Origin: Cyanobacteria bacterium P01_A01_bin.123
GTDB taxonomy: Bacteria > Cyanobacteriota > Cyanobacteriia > Phormidesmidales > Phormidesmidaceae
NCBI GenBank assembly: GCA_039815185.1
Contig: JBCBZT010000020.1
Span: 64,258-128,257 of the forward strand
DNA length: 64,000 bases
Direction: 5' to 3'
In this document: piece after piece, positions 1 to 11,188 of the stretch
Layout: each line of letters opens with the position of its first letter
Numbering within the stretch: the stretch's first letter is position 1
Notes under the pieces: generated by a model
Database searches by the model: none
What the model saw: the letters and a program-made list of their open reading frames with translations, nothing else
What the model was told of the DNA's origin: nothing
Translations under genes and position numbers: made by a program

Positions 1-465
1 CATAGCTTTCTGAGGTACTCCCTCAGCCCCACCCAGCAGGAAAATCTTGATCTCATCATTAGCTCTGTGATGCTCACAAAAGACAGGCAGCAGATCTGAG
101 CCAGAGATTTTCTCTTTGATAGGCGTACCCAAAAACCTTGATGCATACAGCAAAACTTGGCTATCACACACCCGATAATCAGCTTGTGCATAAGCAGTCC
201 GAAACTCTGAATCATGACGTAAACTCATCAAATGGTCTACGTTTGGCGTAAAAACAGCGCCTTCATTTAAGCGAGTCAAAAACTCATCCCACGAGAGATT
301 ATCAATGGGGATATTGAGAATTTCAATATACTCCTGGAGAGCTTCTACCTGCATCACTGGAAGCTGTCTAAATTTAGAGACGGGAACTGTTGGATCAACC
401 TCAACAAAACTCTTGCGGTAACTACCCAAACTCTCAAGTAGAGCCGTGATGACTGTAGGAGCCAT
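1..465 (-). CDS. WecB/TagA/CpsF-family glycosyltransferase (runs off left edge)
   Basis: Manual translation of the minus strand: ...IEILNIPIDNLSWDEFLTRLNEGAVFTPNVDHLM...ADYRVCDSQ...PIKEKISGSDLLP...IFLLGGAEGV. The TPNVDH and SGSDL motifs are typical of the family. ATG at 465, alternative at 354. Confidence 0.9.
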   Translation of the reverse strand, partial: MAPTVITALLESLGSYRKSFVEVDPTVPVSKFRQLPVMQVEALQEYIEILNIPIDNLSWDEFLTRLNEGAVFTPNVDHLMSLRHDSEFRTAYAQADYRVCDSQVLLYASRFLGTPIKEKISGSDLLPVFCEHHRANDEIKIFLLGGAEGVPQKAM

Positions 466-1298
466 AACTGTAAAAGCCTATGCTAGATGTGAATCAAGAT
501 GAACTAAAACGAGCGAGTCTAAGATGCAACTTACAAGCTAATGCTCAAAAATCTACAATCTATTCCTCGGCGAAGATTGGGACAAAAGCCCCGCGTAAAA
601 TTCATACACCCCGTACATCGGTTCAGGCTGGACTCAGCATGTTACGCAAAATACCTGGCAACTACCATCTGCCCCATAAGCTGGATATAGCCTATCTCTC
701 CTGCCGTACAGAAGTAAATATACTTAAAGTAGGATTCATGCGATCCCTAAGTTTATACCAAAATATGGGATCTTCACGGACATCTGTCAAGGGGGTTTCG
801 CATCTCAGTAGCCCTTATGTCGCACTTGCTCAAATGAATCAAGTAAGAGTTTAAATCCCACCTTGGTCAGCAAGAACAACCTTTGTGCTTTTGCTTACAG
901 TTTTGCACTGCTTCATAAACCAAGCTCAACCTGTAATAGATGGATAGTCTTATCTTGAGAAGCACTACTCAAAGTACTCAAAGTTTCAACACCCAGAAGG
1001 AAAGACTAGCAAACAACTCAAAAAGTTTCAGAAAGGTTCAGTAAAATCACTTGCCTCAGTATATCCGTAATGTTGGAATTTCACTGTGATAAATTGTAAG
1101 ATATTATACCGAAATTAAATGAAATCGAACTAAATGGGCTAGTGAATAAAGTTGGGCAAATGACACAACTCCAATTAGTAAGCTGAGGTGATGTCATGAA
1201 AACGGTGCAAACGTTCTGTCCGTCCAGTCAGAATATTTTGGATCACAAACTTCTGCACATCAACACCGTCTACACTCTGGCTAATTTATGTCTATCGA

Positions 1299-2489
1299 TT
1301 AGTCAAATATGTTGTTTAGCAAATTGAACAAATTAAAGGGCGTAGTAATGGGTTGAAGTGTGCGGGCTATACCGTCTAGCACATTGAGATACCCTCGCTT
1401 TGGCACAACAATTAGGTCGCCGTCTCGAATGGGTGTCGCGTCTTCAAAATCACTCAGATTTAAGGTTTGATTTTCCATCTGGCCAGTGTCTCCCAATCTC
1501 AGCAGAGAAACCGTCCGGAGATTAGCATCATCATTATGCCCTCCTGCCAAAGCCATGGCTGTTAATACAGTGCCGTCTGGTGAAACTTCTACCTCACCAG
1601 GGCGGTTCACTTCACCAATCACACGAACCCGTACCAGTTCTGGAGCAAGGCTTGAACGCGACACGAGTTGTGGATCGACTTCAGAGCTATCAGGGGCTTC
1701 TTGAACAAAAACAATGTCTCCATCTTGAAGCAAAATATCTTCGCCTTGGGTGCCCTGGAAAATGGACTCCCAGAGGTTGACAGTGAGGGTTGTCTGACGA
1801 CCATTGGGAAGTTGCCGCTGCACCCTAATGTTTCGTAGGTCTGCCGTGCGGCGTACCCCCCCCGCGTTGACCAGGGCCGTACTTAGGGTAGGTGTGGTGG
1901 AGCCTGAGCTAAGCTGTGAGTCATTGCCTACTCGGGTATTGACATTGGTTAAACTATTCAACTGCACAGGGCCGGGGCGATAGACTTCGCCAGCAATCGT
2001 GACCACCAATGGGCGCAGGACGGACAAGTTTAACTCTACGACTGGGTCTATAAGATAAAAACTCAACCGACTCGTAATTTCTGCTTGTAGGGCCTCTAAG
2101 GTTTTGCCAGAAGCAACTACCGAACCGATCAGGGGTAAGAGCACAGTGCCGTCAGGGAGAATCACTCGGGTTTGAGAAAATTCAGGATAGTCAACAACCG
2201 CAAGACCAATCTGGTCACCAGGGCCTAGCAAATATCTTGAAGTATTGGTGTTGGACTGAATCGTCTCGGGAGATGAATTTTGGCGGGTCAACGGTGTTAC
2301 CTCAGGGGACTCAAGATCCTGTTCGGGTGAGGCTGAGGGTAATTGTGGCAGTTCGTCAGATTGTGCAGAGAGGCTTTCAGGATCAGTAACCTGGGCGATC
2401 GCCATACCTGAATCTATGCACAAGACTAATGATGGCAAGGCTAAGCACAACCAGCCTCCAAATGCTGCTAAAGCTATTTGATAGTTCAT
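1299..2489 (-). CDS. wza: Polysaccharide export outer-membrane protein (Wza-like; Poly_export plus SLBB domains)
   Basis: YLLGPGDQI...PDGTVLLPLIG...ASGKTL motif and repeated GEVxRPG SLBB units. Confidence 0.88.
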   Translation of the reverse strand: MNYQIALAAFGGWLCLALPSLVLCIDSGMAIAQVTDPESLSAQSDELPQLPSASPEQDLESPEVTPLTRQNSSPETIQSNTNTSRYLLGPGDQIGLAVVDYPEFSQTRVILPDGTVLLPLIGSVVASGKTLEALQAEITSRLSFYLIDPVVELNLSVLRPLVVTIAGEVYRPGPVQLNSLTNVNTRVGNDSQLSSGSTTPTLSTALVNAGGVRRTADLRNIRVQRQLPNGRQTTLTVNLWESIFQGTQGEDILLQDGDIVFVQEAPDSSEVDPQLVSRSSLAPELVRVRVIGEVNRPGEVEVSPDGTVLTAMALAGGHNDDANLRTVSLLRLGDTGQMENQTLNLSDFEDATPIRDGDLIVVPKRGYLNVLDGIARTLQPITTPFNLFNLLNNIFD

Positions 2490-3019
2490 CTTAGGCTTTA
2501 TCCCCAGGCGTAATTCCGGTTAATTCTCTCGTTCGCTCTTGAGTCAATCTCACAGTAGAAATCACTCATGAATTCCTCAGTAGCACTACTCGAAGACCTT
2601 TTGGAAGCTTGGTACATGCACCCTTCCACATCGTGTAAGATCATAGCTAAAACGCAGCGCATACATCAAAGTAGGCTGCTGTGACTGCCCGACGCCTCGC
2701 AGGGAGAAGTGTAACTCGGTTAAACACATTCTAAACATACTACTGTTATCGTAGTGTTCCGGATCAATCAGTACATAAACAGGAGTCCATGCTGTCTACG
2801 CTGGCTCTAACAGAAAATTGGCCACACAGATTTCAATACTAAAATAGATTTTGTACCCAGCTAAGGTATTCACTCTGAACAAAATCGTAATTTGGAGTAA
2901 TCTTAGTTGTGTTTCCATTCACCTATTGATGCTGCACTCATCTATCGCTAAATCACGAAGTCTCAAAGCTTTTACCAAGGCTTAGCTGCCTAAATCTCAC
3001 TTTCTAAACATAGGGATAT

Positions 3020-4630
3020 TCACTTCATTTCAAAGTGATAAATCCTGAAATAGTTGAAATAAAAATCTTCTTCGAAATCATACAGAATTTCCATTGCTTG
3101 CATAACTTCATCGTCTTGCGCGATAGAGTATTCTCGATTAGACACGAGCAGCACTTTTTCCGAATTATCAGTCAACTCACGTATTTTGTCTGCAAAATCG
3201 CCTGTTCTCAGGCTGTTTGTAATATATTTGCCATCAAGTGTTTCAGGATCTCCATAATATCCTAGAAGATATGTATCACCTGCCCCACCAATCAAAACTG
3301 ACCTCGTTTCAGAATCGCGGTTCTGAATCACATACTGAGCAGCTGACCGAAAATCATCTTTATGGAAAGCTTCATTGAAGTAATAGTTATGCAAGGAAAA
3401 TAAATTAATCCCAATCAAGAAAGTAAGTGAGATGTGCGACAGCCTATTTACTAGCTGCGAGTCTTTAAATGATTCTTGTGATGGTCTATTGTCCAAAAGT
3501 ACAGGCAACAAAATAGCGAGTATTGGCCAAGTATAACAAGCATGCCGAGGAACCCAGTTGTACTTAGTGATAAATGCTAAGAAGAGTCCAAAGAGTAAAG
3601 AAAGGAATAGTGAACTTATTAAAAAGAGTTCTACTGAGTAGTATCGTTTATTGCTTTGCCATCTGGCCAACTTAACAGTCAATAAGATAATTGCAATTGT
3701 AATAAGTGTTATCAGCAACCATAAAAGCTGGGGCCAATAATTCACTATCACGCTCAACTTATCATCTCCTCTTAGCTGTGACTGAAGTGGACCAAATGTT
3801 GTACCTGCGAACAAGCCATAAAGCACGTATGCAGCATTGTATATAAGCGGGAAGTAAGTTCTAGAGACACCTATCTCCGTAGGAGAAGTTGAAGTTGGCG
3901 AGTTTAAGTAGAATAACAGGGGGAAAAAAGACAGTATTGCCGATGGGGCCCACCAAGCGAACCACAACTTTAAGCGTCGCGTTGCTAAAAGATGTGAAAT
4001 ACTTAAAGCCCCTGAAAAGCAAAGCATCAAAATATTTAGAAAAATACTCACTGCGCTTAGAATAGCAAAAGCTGCTCTAAATAATATTGGAAATTTGATC
4101 TGGTGATTTGAAAAAGCTCGACTGATTACAAATAGCTGACAAGATACGAGTAAAATAGCTAAAGAGTAATCTCTAGCTTCTTGACTGTAGTAGACACAAT
4201 AAGCACTTACCGATATCAGTAGAAATGACCATAAGGCATGTCGTTCCCCAAACCAGTATTGGGCTGTAAAAAAAATAAAGACGGCACCTACGATGCCGGA
4301 GATAGCTGAAAAGGAGCGGATAGCAAACTCACTTGCACCAAAAACTTCCCTCCAGCCAAACATAATGAGATAGTAGAGAATGCGATATCGGTCGCTTAAA
4401 GGTGTTTCTAGAAGTCTTAAAAAAGCATCTTGAAAAGTTGGCCCCTCAGAAAAATATAAACTGTATCCTTCATCGATCCAAAAGCTTTGATTTGCGATCA
4501 TAAAAAATCTCAATGAGACGCAAATCAAAGTTATTACTAATAGGCAAAGATAGTAGTTCGTGCGATTTAACTTTGATTTAAATTTAGTCAGACTAACCAT
4601 AGATATATAGATGAGGAACCGCCCAATCAA
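3020..4630 (-). CDS. Membrane GT-C fold glycosyltransferase (GT39/PMT-like)
   Basis: SFWIDE, LYY...GASEFAIRSFSA and YYSQEARDYS motifs; many transmembrane segments. Confidence 0.8.
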   Translation of the reverse strand: MIGRFLIYISMVSLTKFKSKLNRTNYYLCLLVITLICVSLRFFMIANQSFWIDEGYSLYFSEGPTFQDAFLRLLETPLSDRYRILYYLIMFGWREVFGASEFAIRSFSAISGIVGAVFIFFTAQYWFGERHALWSFLLISVSAYCVYYSQEARDYSLAILLVSCQLFVISRAFSNHQIKFPILFRAAFAILSAVSIFLNILMLCFSGALSISHLLATRRLKLWFAWWAPSAILSFFPLLFYLNSPTSTSPTEIGVSRTYFPLIYNAAYVLYGLFAGTTFGPLQSQLRGDDKLSVIVNYWPQLLWLLITLITIAIILLTVKLARWQSNKRYYSVELFLISSLFLSLLFGLFLAFITKYNWVPRHACYTWPILAILLPVLLDNRPSQESFKDSQLVNRLSHISLTFLIGINLFSLHNYYFNEAFHKDDFRSAAQYVIQNRDSETRSVLIGGAGDTYLLGYYGDPETLDGKYITNSLRTGDFADKIRELTDNSEKVLLVSNREYSIAQDDEVMQAMEILYDFEEDFYFNYFRIYHFEMK

Positions 4631-5187
4631 ATCGGGTGATTGTTTGCATTTGGAGACAAGACATCACAGGCTTAAAGGAAGAATTAGGATTTGCTTGTTT
4701 AGCTTGATGCGATCCTAAACCTAATCTATGCATATCAAAGTATACACAACTGTCTTCTCTTCTCAGTCAGCGAGCATTAAACGTATATGCCACATTTAAC
4801 TAGTTCATAGACACTTTTTGTATGAGTGCTGTTTCACAGATTAAGCTCTCCTAAGTTCATGCTTCCTACTCATTTATCACCATACTATCAGTGCTCTTAG
4901 AGACTACCCCAAAACCTTATCTGAGCCGAAGTGATACAGGTACTAAGAAGTTGAAGAAACACCAGATAGTCTAGCCTTTTTTCTACCAATTCATCAGTAG
5001 CTATCGAAAGCGTTTCATCTAGAGAAGTGTATGTTTGACAACCATTATCACGTATGGTGATTCGGAATCCCTCAAGCCATCAAATTGCGTTTGCGACAAG
5101 GCGGAATATGCCTCCTATGCCCTCCATGCAAAACCTGATATATTTATCCTATCGTAGCTATTGCCTAAGTGGTTTAGGTGAAAATAA

Positions 5188-6237
5188 TTAATTCTTTAGG
5201 AGGTTCTTAAGGAATGAAGTGACGGAGGCTCTCGCTCTTTTGTCTTGTACTACTCTCTGAAACTGGTAAGTACCAAAGGTTGCTGAGGTCAACATAAGAT
5301 CAAAAATATCTGACAATCTAGGCGTTAAGTGGGTGAGATTATAACCTGCCGCCTGCATATAGGAACCAGAGATTTTCTCACAGATCCATACCTCAGTGTT
5401 GGTCAGTTCTCGACAAGCGCTATTCTTAAATGAGGAATTCCCCTTATCCAGAGCAACCTTAGCAGAGCTCCTAGTATCCAAGAAGTTTGCAAGACGCTCT
5501 GAGACTATCTCTGGTTCTTTAACGAGATGCTCAAACTTTACGATTTCGACGGGTGCACGGTCTCGCTTAATAAATTCATTAACATTCTCGTAGGCTCTTT
5601 TCCAATATAAGGAATAGATCACTGGGTGATACTGTCGAGATTCACCATCTTGATTTCCACTAGTTTTAACTCGGGGTAAGTTCTTGAAGGATCTCATAAC
5701 CTTGCGGGGATCTCGAAGGATATAGATAAACTTGACGCCTGGGAAAAGATCGGTCAACTCATCCATGTGCATGAAATCTTGAGGTGTTTTATAACCCCAG
5801 CGATGTTTACCGCAGTGAACTGTTAGTCTCATTAACCACTCTTCAAGGACTTGAGGCCAAGTCAAAGGACTAATATCAAGTGCTTTCATAAGTTCATTCT
5901 CCATCTCAAATGTATCTTCCCATTCAAGGTTAGGAATGTAAAAGTTTTCTTCAAACCTAATTTTTGCACGTAATTGCCATGCTAGCTTGTTGATGAATCT
6001 CTTAAGTTTTTCCCGATCGAGACTCAAATCAAATGAGCTAGAAATCCCTAAAGAAGCAGCTTTTTGATAAGGATATAGATCATCAAAAACGAACCAATCC
6101 TCTAAGCAAGAAATAGCATGAGACAAATATGACGAGCCACTTCTCGGCAGACCAACAACAATGACTGGTGGAGTTGATTTTCTGACAACTAGAGAAGGAC
6201 TCTTGACGACTAATTCTGATTTTAGAGAGTCATCCAT
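5188..6237 (-). CDS. Sulfotransferase family protein
   Basis: 5'-PSB loop VGLPRSGSS, WGYKTP, 3'-PB motif ILRDPR..MRS. Confidence 0.9.
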   Translation of the reverse strand: MDDSLKSELVVKSPSLVVRKSTPPVIVVGLPRSGSSYLSHAISCLEDWFVFDDLYPYQKAASLGISSSFDLSLDREKLKRFINKLAWQLRAKIRFEENFYIPNLEWEDTFEMENELMKALDISPLTWPQVLEEWLMRLTVHCGKHRWGYKTPQDFMHMDELTDLFPGVKFIYILRDPRKVMRSFKNLPRVKTSGNQDGESRQYHPVIYSLYWKRAYENVNEFIKRDRAPVEIVKFEHLVKEPEIVSERLANFLDTRSSAKVALDKGNSSFKNSACRELTNTEVWICEKISGSYMQAAGYNLTHLTPRLSDIFDLMLTSATFGTYQFQRVVQDKRARASVTSFLKNLLKN

Positions 6238-6759
6238 TTAGAATCTCCAACATTAACTTCACTTTGAAGCATAATCATACTAAATTCTGCTCGATAATTT
6301 CTTGCATCTGAAAATTTAAACATTTTTTCTGAGGTCGGATGTTTTGCTTAAAATCTACTGAACAAAAGAGCAATCATTCCTTTAGAGAGCAATAAATAAG
6401 TGCCCACAAGTAAACGCAAATCTGGATTGCTAAGATACTTATCTAGGCATTCTAAGGGCATTGATTAGTTTTGGCCCCCTAGTTAATTTCCGGCGATCTA
6501 CATAAATATGGTATATAAAATAGATAGAGTTATTTTTATAACGAAACACACTTTGGCTAACAGATTATACTCATGTAACTTGATTGACTTTATTGACGAT
6601 GGCGGCACAACTTAGATATAAATTTATTGAAAAATAATGTCTTGATATTGCCCAGCTTGAGCAATACGGTTCTTCAATATAAATATGATCGTAATACTAA
6701 ATAATAGTTAAGTGGTGTGCAATAATAAGCGTTTTAGATCCTGCTAGCACTTTAATATT

Positions 6760-6965
6760 TTCCAGGACAGAGGTCATTAAGGAGGAAGAAAAGAAGTAAG
6801 GTTAACTCCTTAGGATGCCCTGATAAAGTGTATGAAGACTTTTTTAGAGAACCCATTTTACATCCTTCTTCAGGCAAAATTAATTCTCCTCAGCTACTTG
6901 GGCAATATCCGTCTAACCCATTACTACTTTATAGACAGATTTAAACACGCATGGGTTCCCTATCT
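6760..6965 (-). pseudogene. Relic duplicate of the GT4 3' end / ABC exporter 5' end junction (copy of about 14930-15130)
   Basis: Near-identical stretches ATATCCGTCTAAC...TAGACAGATTTAAACA.GCATGGGTTCCCT. Encodes DREPMRV* versus DREPMLV*, and MGSLKKSSYTLSGH versus MGYLKKFLYVFSGH. Confidence 0.8.
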
Positions 6966-7093
6966 GGTAATGACCGCTTAAGTGGGGATGTGGTGAAACC
7001 CTCTTGAGAGCAACATTTCTCTAAGAGATAAGCTCTGTCACTCCTTATATGAAATGTCAAAGCTCTGTCTTTAACTCACATGATTTCTTTTTA

Positions 7094-7501
7094 ATAATCA
7101 GCGCCCTTGGATTGAACAGGGTATTGACTCAGTTAGAGTTAATGGGTGCTACTGATGATCCGACTTTTGAGGCATTCATTGCTCGTAGGCTAGTGTCAAA
7201 ACTGTGGCCAAGTTCTTGTACCTTGTTGGACAGCCACTCAATTCATAAAAAGACGAGATTGAAGCTTGGATTACCCAGACCAATGCCCAGCTAATTTATT
7301 TGCCAACCTATTCCTGCAATTTCTCATGCATTGGAAACTCCTGGGCAAAAAGCAAATCAATATTGTGTTCTATTAGGGTAAGAACATATTTTAACTTAGT
7401 AGAAGCAATTGAAGAAGTATTTAATTCAATCTCCCTAAAAGACATTCAAGAATAGCTGAATCATTGTTACTACTCATCTCATCAGACTAAGAAAAGCTAT
7501 A
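7094..7501 (+). mobile_element. Degenerate IS630-family transposase 3' fragment with right end
   Basis: ALG...GATDDPTFEAFIARRLVSKLWP...LDSHSIHK, then a frameshifted AQLIYLPTYSCNFSCIGNSWAKSKSIL (compare LPPYSPDFxPIExxW). Ends in GAAAAGCTATA. Confidence 0.85.
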
Positions 7502-7516
7502 TCTGCAAAAACATAT

Positions 7517-8371
7517 TTATCGTGAAGTCTTGCAGATCAAAGATTTTAGTTTATTTGAAAATCTTCTATAAAGTCCCAGTTTTGGATGAAACGGGTTTAC
7601 ATATAAACCTTCAGATTGTTTATAATTTTCTTTGTAGTAAGGGGTCTCACTATTTCGCCATACCTCATCGCTGCCTATATGAAATGTCAATCTTTCATCT
7701 TTAATCCACACAAAGTTTCTTGAGTTTATTTCTATCTGAGTCTTAAGTACTTGACCTACCGGTGGATAGCCAATATAAACATTTCCCAAACTAAGGGATG
7801 GAACAATTTCTCTTTTAAATACAAAGCAATCAATTCCGGGATGCATAATTCCATCTATATTATAAGCTAGTTCGACTGTGCTCTCATCAAGCAACACCCC
7901 CCCATACTCCTTCGGTAAATCTCTTCGGTTAATGCAAAATGCATCATACCCTTTCTCAATAAACTCTCTCACTTTGAGGTAAAAATTCGGGCGTAGCCCT
8001 ATATCAAGATTTGTGTATATAAAGTATTCAGCATTGGACGAGTTGTAGAGACTTAAGATTATGTCCTTTAAAAGAGGTAATGGCTTGTGAAAGGTCAAGC
8101 CCTTTAAAGCCTCAATATTCTCCCAAGCATATTTATCTAGATCAGCAGCCCACCTAAATTCAGCAGGAATGCTAACTCGTTCAGCCTTGTGCTTTAGAGC
8201 AACTAATTCAATATCAACGACGTTTTTTGCTACTTTTTTTGCGGTAACCATAGACTTCATCGTAAGCGGCTGAGCAATATGCAAGTAACTAGATTTCTTT
8301 GAATCATTTATTTCTGTAACATTTAAGACATGTGCAATTTTCATGACTTTTACTAAATCAATAAGTTGCAA
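7517..8371 (-). CDS. Hypothetical protein, possibly glycosyltransferase-like
   Basis: 284-aa ORF inside the EPS cluster with YFIYTNLDI and HPGIDCFVF motifs. Start may be the ATG at 8344. Confidence 0.6.
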   Translation of the reverse strand: MQLIDLVKVMKIAHVLNVTEINDSKKSSYLHIAQPLTMKSMVTAKKVAKNVVDIELVALKHKAERVSIPAEFRWAADLDKYAWENIEALKGLTFHKPLPLLKDIILSLYNSSNAEYFIYTNLDIGLRPNFYLKVREFIEKGYDAFCINRRDLPKEYGGVLLDESTVELAYNIDGIMHPGIDCFVFKREIVPSLSLGNVYIGYPPVGQVLKTQIEINSRNFVWIKDERLTFHIGSDEVWRNSETPYYKENYKQSEGLYVNPFHPKLGLYRRFSNKLKSLICKTSR

Positions 8372-8592
8372 AAGTGTTTCTTCCCTTAGAACTATTTTTC
8401 CTTACTCTGCTCAGAATTCTGTTTGACGATTAAACTAATCAGTGCCTAGCTTCTGCAATAAACTCCTTACTTAGCTTTTGATTAGTATAAATTGCCTTAG
8501 CCAAGTTCTTACTAATGATTATGTTAGAATAAATTGCCACTTTCTGGCCAATGCTTTAACTTCACTGTGGTAAAGCCTTATTTACAGACACT

Positions 8593-9300
8593 CTACGATG
8601 CTCCATCATCAAAACGATAGTCAAATAGTTCTATATCTTTCGCATAAATTTTTTCTATACACTCTCTCATTTCTGAGTCATAAAAATATGAATAATTCTT
8701 TGATCCTGAAGAAGCGCGTTGAATGTTTAACCCTCCTAATTGAGGAAGATTCAGCCGAGTAGCAATTGGCTTAAGGTCATATTCTCTATTCTCATATTTT
8801 GCAATGTAGTCGACCATGACTTCGCCATTTTTCCCCGAAATGAATTCAGATGCTCCATAACGATGATAGGGATGTTGAAAAAGAGTGTTTGAGAAATCAT
8901 TATTCGAAACAGCTTTCTCTAAAGAAAGGACATAATCACGAAAGCTCAGTTCTTGTGGGATTCTTCTTACTTTTCTTCTATATTCATAGAGTGAGTGAAT
9001 ACGATCCCATGGATTTCGCACAATTGTGAACGTAAATATCTTCCTCCATACTGATTCACCAAGGATGGCATGAATTTTCTCAGCAGGCATGTGATCTGGG
9101 AATATTTGTCTGCTGGCATACTGCTTATCTGTTAAATTTATTTTCCCGTAAGGAAAGCCAAAATGCGTTCCTAATTCTGCACGAATACTACTAGATGATG
9201 TCCTTGGTATATCAATAAACCAAAATCCATGTCTTAATATGTGGAAACAAGCATATTTTTCTTCAACTCTTTTGAATATACTTTTTATAGAAATTTTCAT
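8593..9300 (-). CDS. Sulfotransferase family 2 protein
   Basis: FIDIPRTSSSS, FTFTIVRNPWDRIHSLY and C-terminal YAKDIELFDY. Confidence 0.88.
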   Translation of the reverse strand: MKISIKSIFKRVEEKYACFHILRHGFWFIDIPRTSSSSIRAELGTHFGFPYGKINLTDKQYASRQIFPDHMPAEKIHAILGESVWRKIFTFTIVRNPWDRIHSLYEYRRKVRRIPQELSFRDYVLSLEKAVSNNDFSNTLFQHPYHRYGASEFISGKNGEVMVDYIAKYENREYDLKPIATRLNLPQLGGLNIQRASSGSKNYSYFYDSEMRECIEKIYAKDIELFDYRFDDGAS

Positions 9301-9735
9301 GTGAAATTATCCTATGCTTCTAGCGATTGAACTGTGCGGCTCCAAGCAACTCTAACCCCTCATTAGCAATTACTGATCAACGCTGTGTTAGATATTGATC
9401 AGCTTCAGTTGATTCAATCCCAAGCTTGCCACCAAGATTCACTGAAGAATTTCGCCGTCTCCCCTTATTTTACTTACTGAATATTGATCAAAGATCCGGA
9501 TTTTTTAGAATCTAGCGAGTATCTAGCGATTGGGTTAACCTGTACATCTAGTAAGTTTACTTGTAATCTTTAGCTGTAAATTCGCCTCTAGATGCTTCGG
9601 CTCCGATTTCAGTTAGAAAATTACTCACCAGAAACTCATTGTGGTTTTCACCCCTCCTCTAAACCTCAAAATTTGGCTGCCCCTTACTGGACGGATAACT
9701 TCTATAATGAGTTCCTTTATGAGCAATACTCAAGG

Positions 9736-10145
9736 GGTAATGATGAATTGTGATAATGGATGAAATTCCATAACAAGCCAAGGCAGTAGCATGCCATTAA
9801 CCATGCCACTGGCAAGGTTCTGACTTATGTTTTAGCTCCTCATACCGATGCCGCACTTGAGTCATTGATGCAGTTGTTAACACCATTTGAGATTGAGCGA
9901 TTCTACACCATTCGCGAAGCGTGCCAAAGGCTTAGGTTGGGGTAGCTATGCCAGACTCCTGGAGGAAGACCAACATGAAGTTGGCAAGCAGCATACCCAG
10001 AAGATTGATCGCAAATATCTGACCTTGCGAACTCGGATCAAGCTGCTTAGCAAGAAGGACAATTTATTTCTCTAAATCCGAGTGGATGCATGACATTGCT
10101 ATTGGGCTATTTGTTAACTGCTACGAGTTTGTGCTTAACATCTAG
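9736..10145 (+). mobile_element. Degenerate IS1-family element (InsB fragment; InsA missing)
   Basis: HAINHATGKVLTYVL...RFYT/GWGSY...GKQHTQKIDRKYLTLRTRIK...FSKS..MHDIAIGLFVN with stops and frameshifts. IS1-like end GGTAATGA at 9736. Confidence 0.85.
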
Positions 10146-10247
10146 CTCTTTCCACGAATAAACGCCTCAAACCTGGTTGAAACAACAATTATCTCTCACG
10201 TATCCTTGCTGCTTAAGTATGCGTTTGCCCTGGCTTAATACTAAGGC

Positions 10248-11078
10248 TTAAAATGAATATTCCTTCAGGAATCTCTGAAGTTTTTTGTCGATGTATGCCT
10301 TCTCAACACTACTAAAAATCTTATGATACTTAGCATGCCCTTTATTGACTATAGAGGCACCTACATCTTTCCAATCTTCGGAAACCAAAATCAGTTTTGA
10401 AGATCTTTCTGAAAAAGCATTCAGCATTTCATAACAATAATCTATTTCTACAAAATGACATATTTTCTCAACAACTTGTTCGGGGGAAGCAACTAGATCT
10501 TCATATCGGATCAGATAATGGTTTGGCTTTGACGAGCATCTAAGAGATCTTTTAATGTCTTTTTTCCACCTTACAATACATTCATCAATGCTTCTAGCAC
10601 AGCCACCCCACTTATCAGGATAATTATGAGTAGCTTCATACATTGAAGCTACAACATCTTTACCGTTTCTCAGAATGTGGATAACTTTCACATTAGATAT
10701 AAAGCGATCTACTTGATTTAGATACTGTAAATGCCTTGGGGTTTTCTCTATCCAAACAGATTTTTTTGAGTTTAAAGCTACTTCATCCAACAAAGAGACA
10801 AAAAAATCAACATAATTTTTAGTTGAATAATTTTGGAAGGTGATATCTGAAACCTCCTTAGTAGAGCCAATTTCCTCTAAAAATTCTTTGAGCCTCTTTG
10901 CCCCCAAAGTCGATGGCTTATTAAAGAATTTTGAAATCTTATTAGGCAACAAGCATGAAAAAAAGTGTGATTCTGGAAAAGATAGGATTGAAGGATGAGA
11001 TGCGAGAATGGATTGAAGTAAGGTTGTCCCAGATCTAGGACAGCCAACCAAGAATACTCTTGTTGGTATCATCATCAT
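10248..11078 (-). CDS. Sulfotransferase family protein
   Basis: FLVGCPRSGTTLL, WIEKTP, HILRNGKDVVAS, IRYEDL. Confidence 0.92.
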   Translation of the reverse strand: MMMIPTRVFLVGCPRSGTTLLQSILASHPSILSFPESHFFSCLLPNKISKFFNKPSTLGAKRLKEFLEEIGSTKEVSDITFQNYSTKNYVDFFVSLLDEVALNSKKSVWIEKTPRHLQYLNQVDRFISNVKVIHILRNGKDVVASMYEATHNYPDKWGGCARSIDECIVRWKKDIKRSLRCSSKPNHYLIRYEDLVASPEQVVEKICHFVEIDYCYEMLNAFSERSSKLILVSEDWKDVGASIVNKGHAKYHKIFSSVEKAYIDKKLQRFLKEYSF

Positions 11079-11188
11079 TCCTCCAAAGGATACTAGCAGT
11101 ACAAAATATATGATTAGTTAAGCTTTGCAAAATAAAAAATTAGGTACAAGAAATGATTTTTTCTTTCTTTGATCCTACAGAGAATGTA

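Noticed and set aside
480..854. 124-aa plus-strand ORF
   Set aside because: No recognisable motif; opposite to the strand of the whole cluster; likely spurious.
1096..1109. NtcA-like GTA-N8-TAC
   Set aside because: No correctly spaced -10 box toward the downstream minus-strand gene; such matches are expected by chance in AT-rich DNA.
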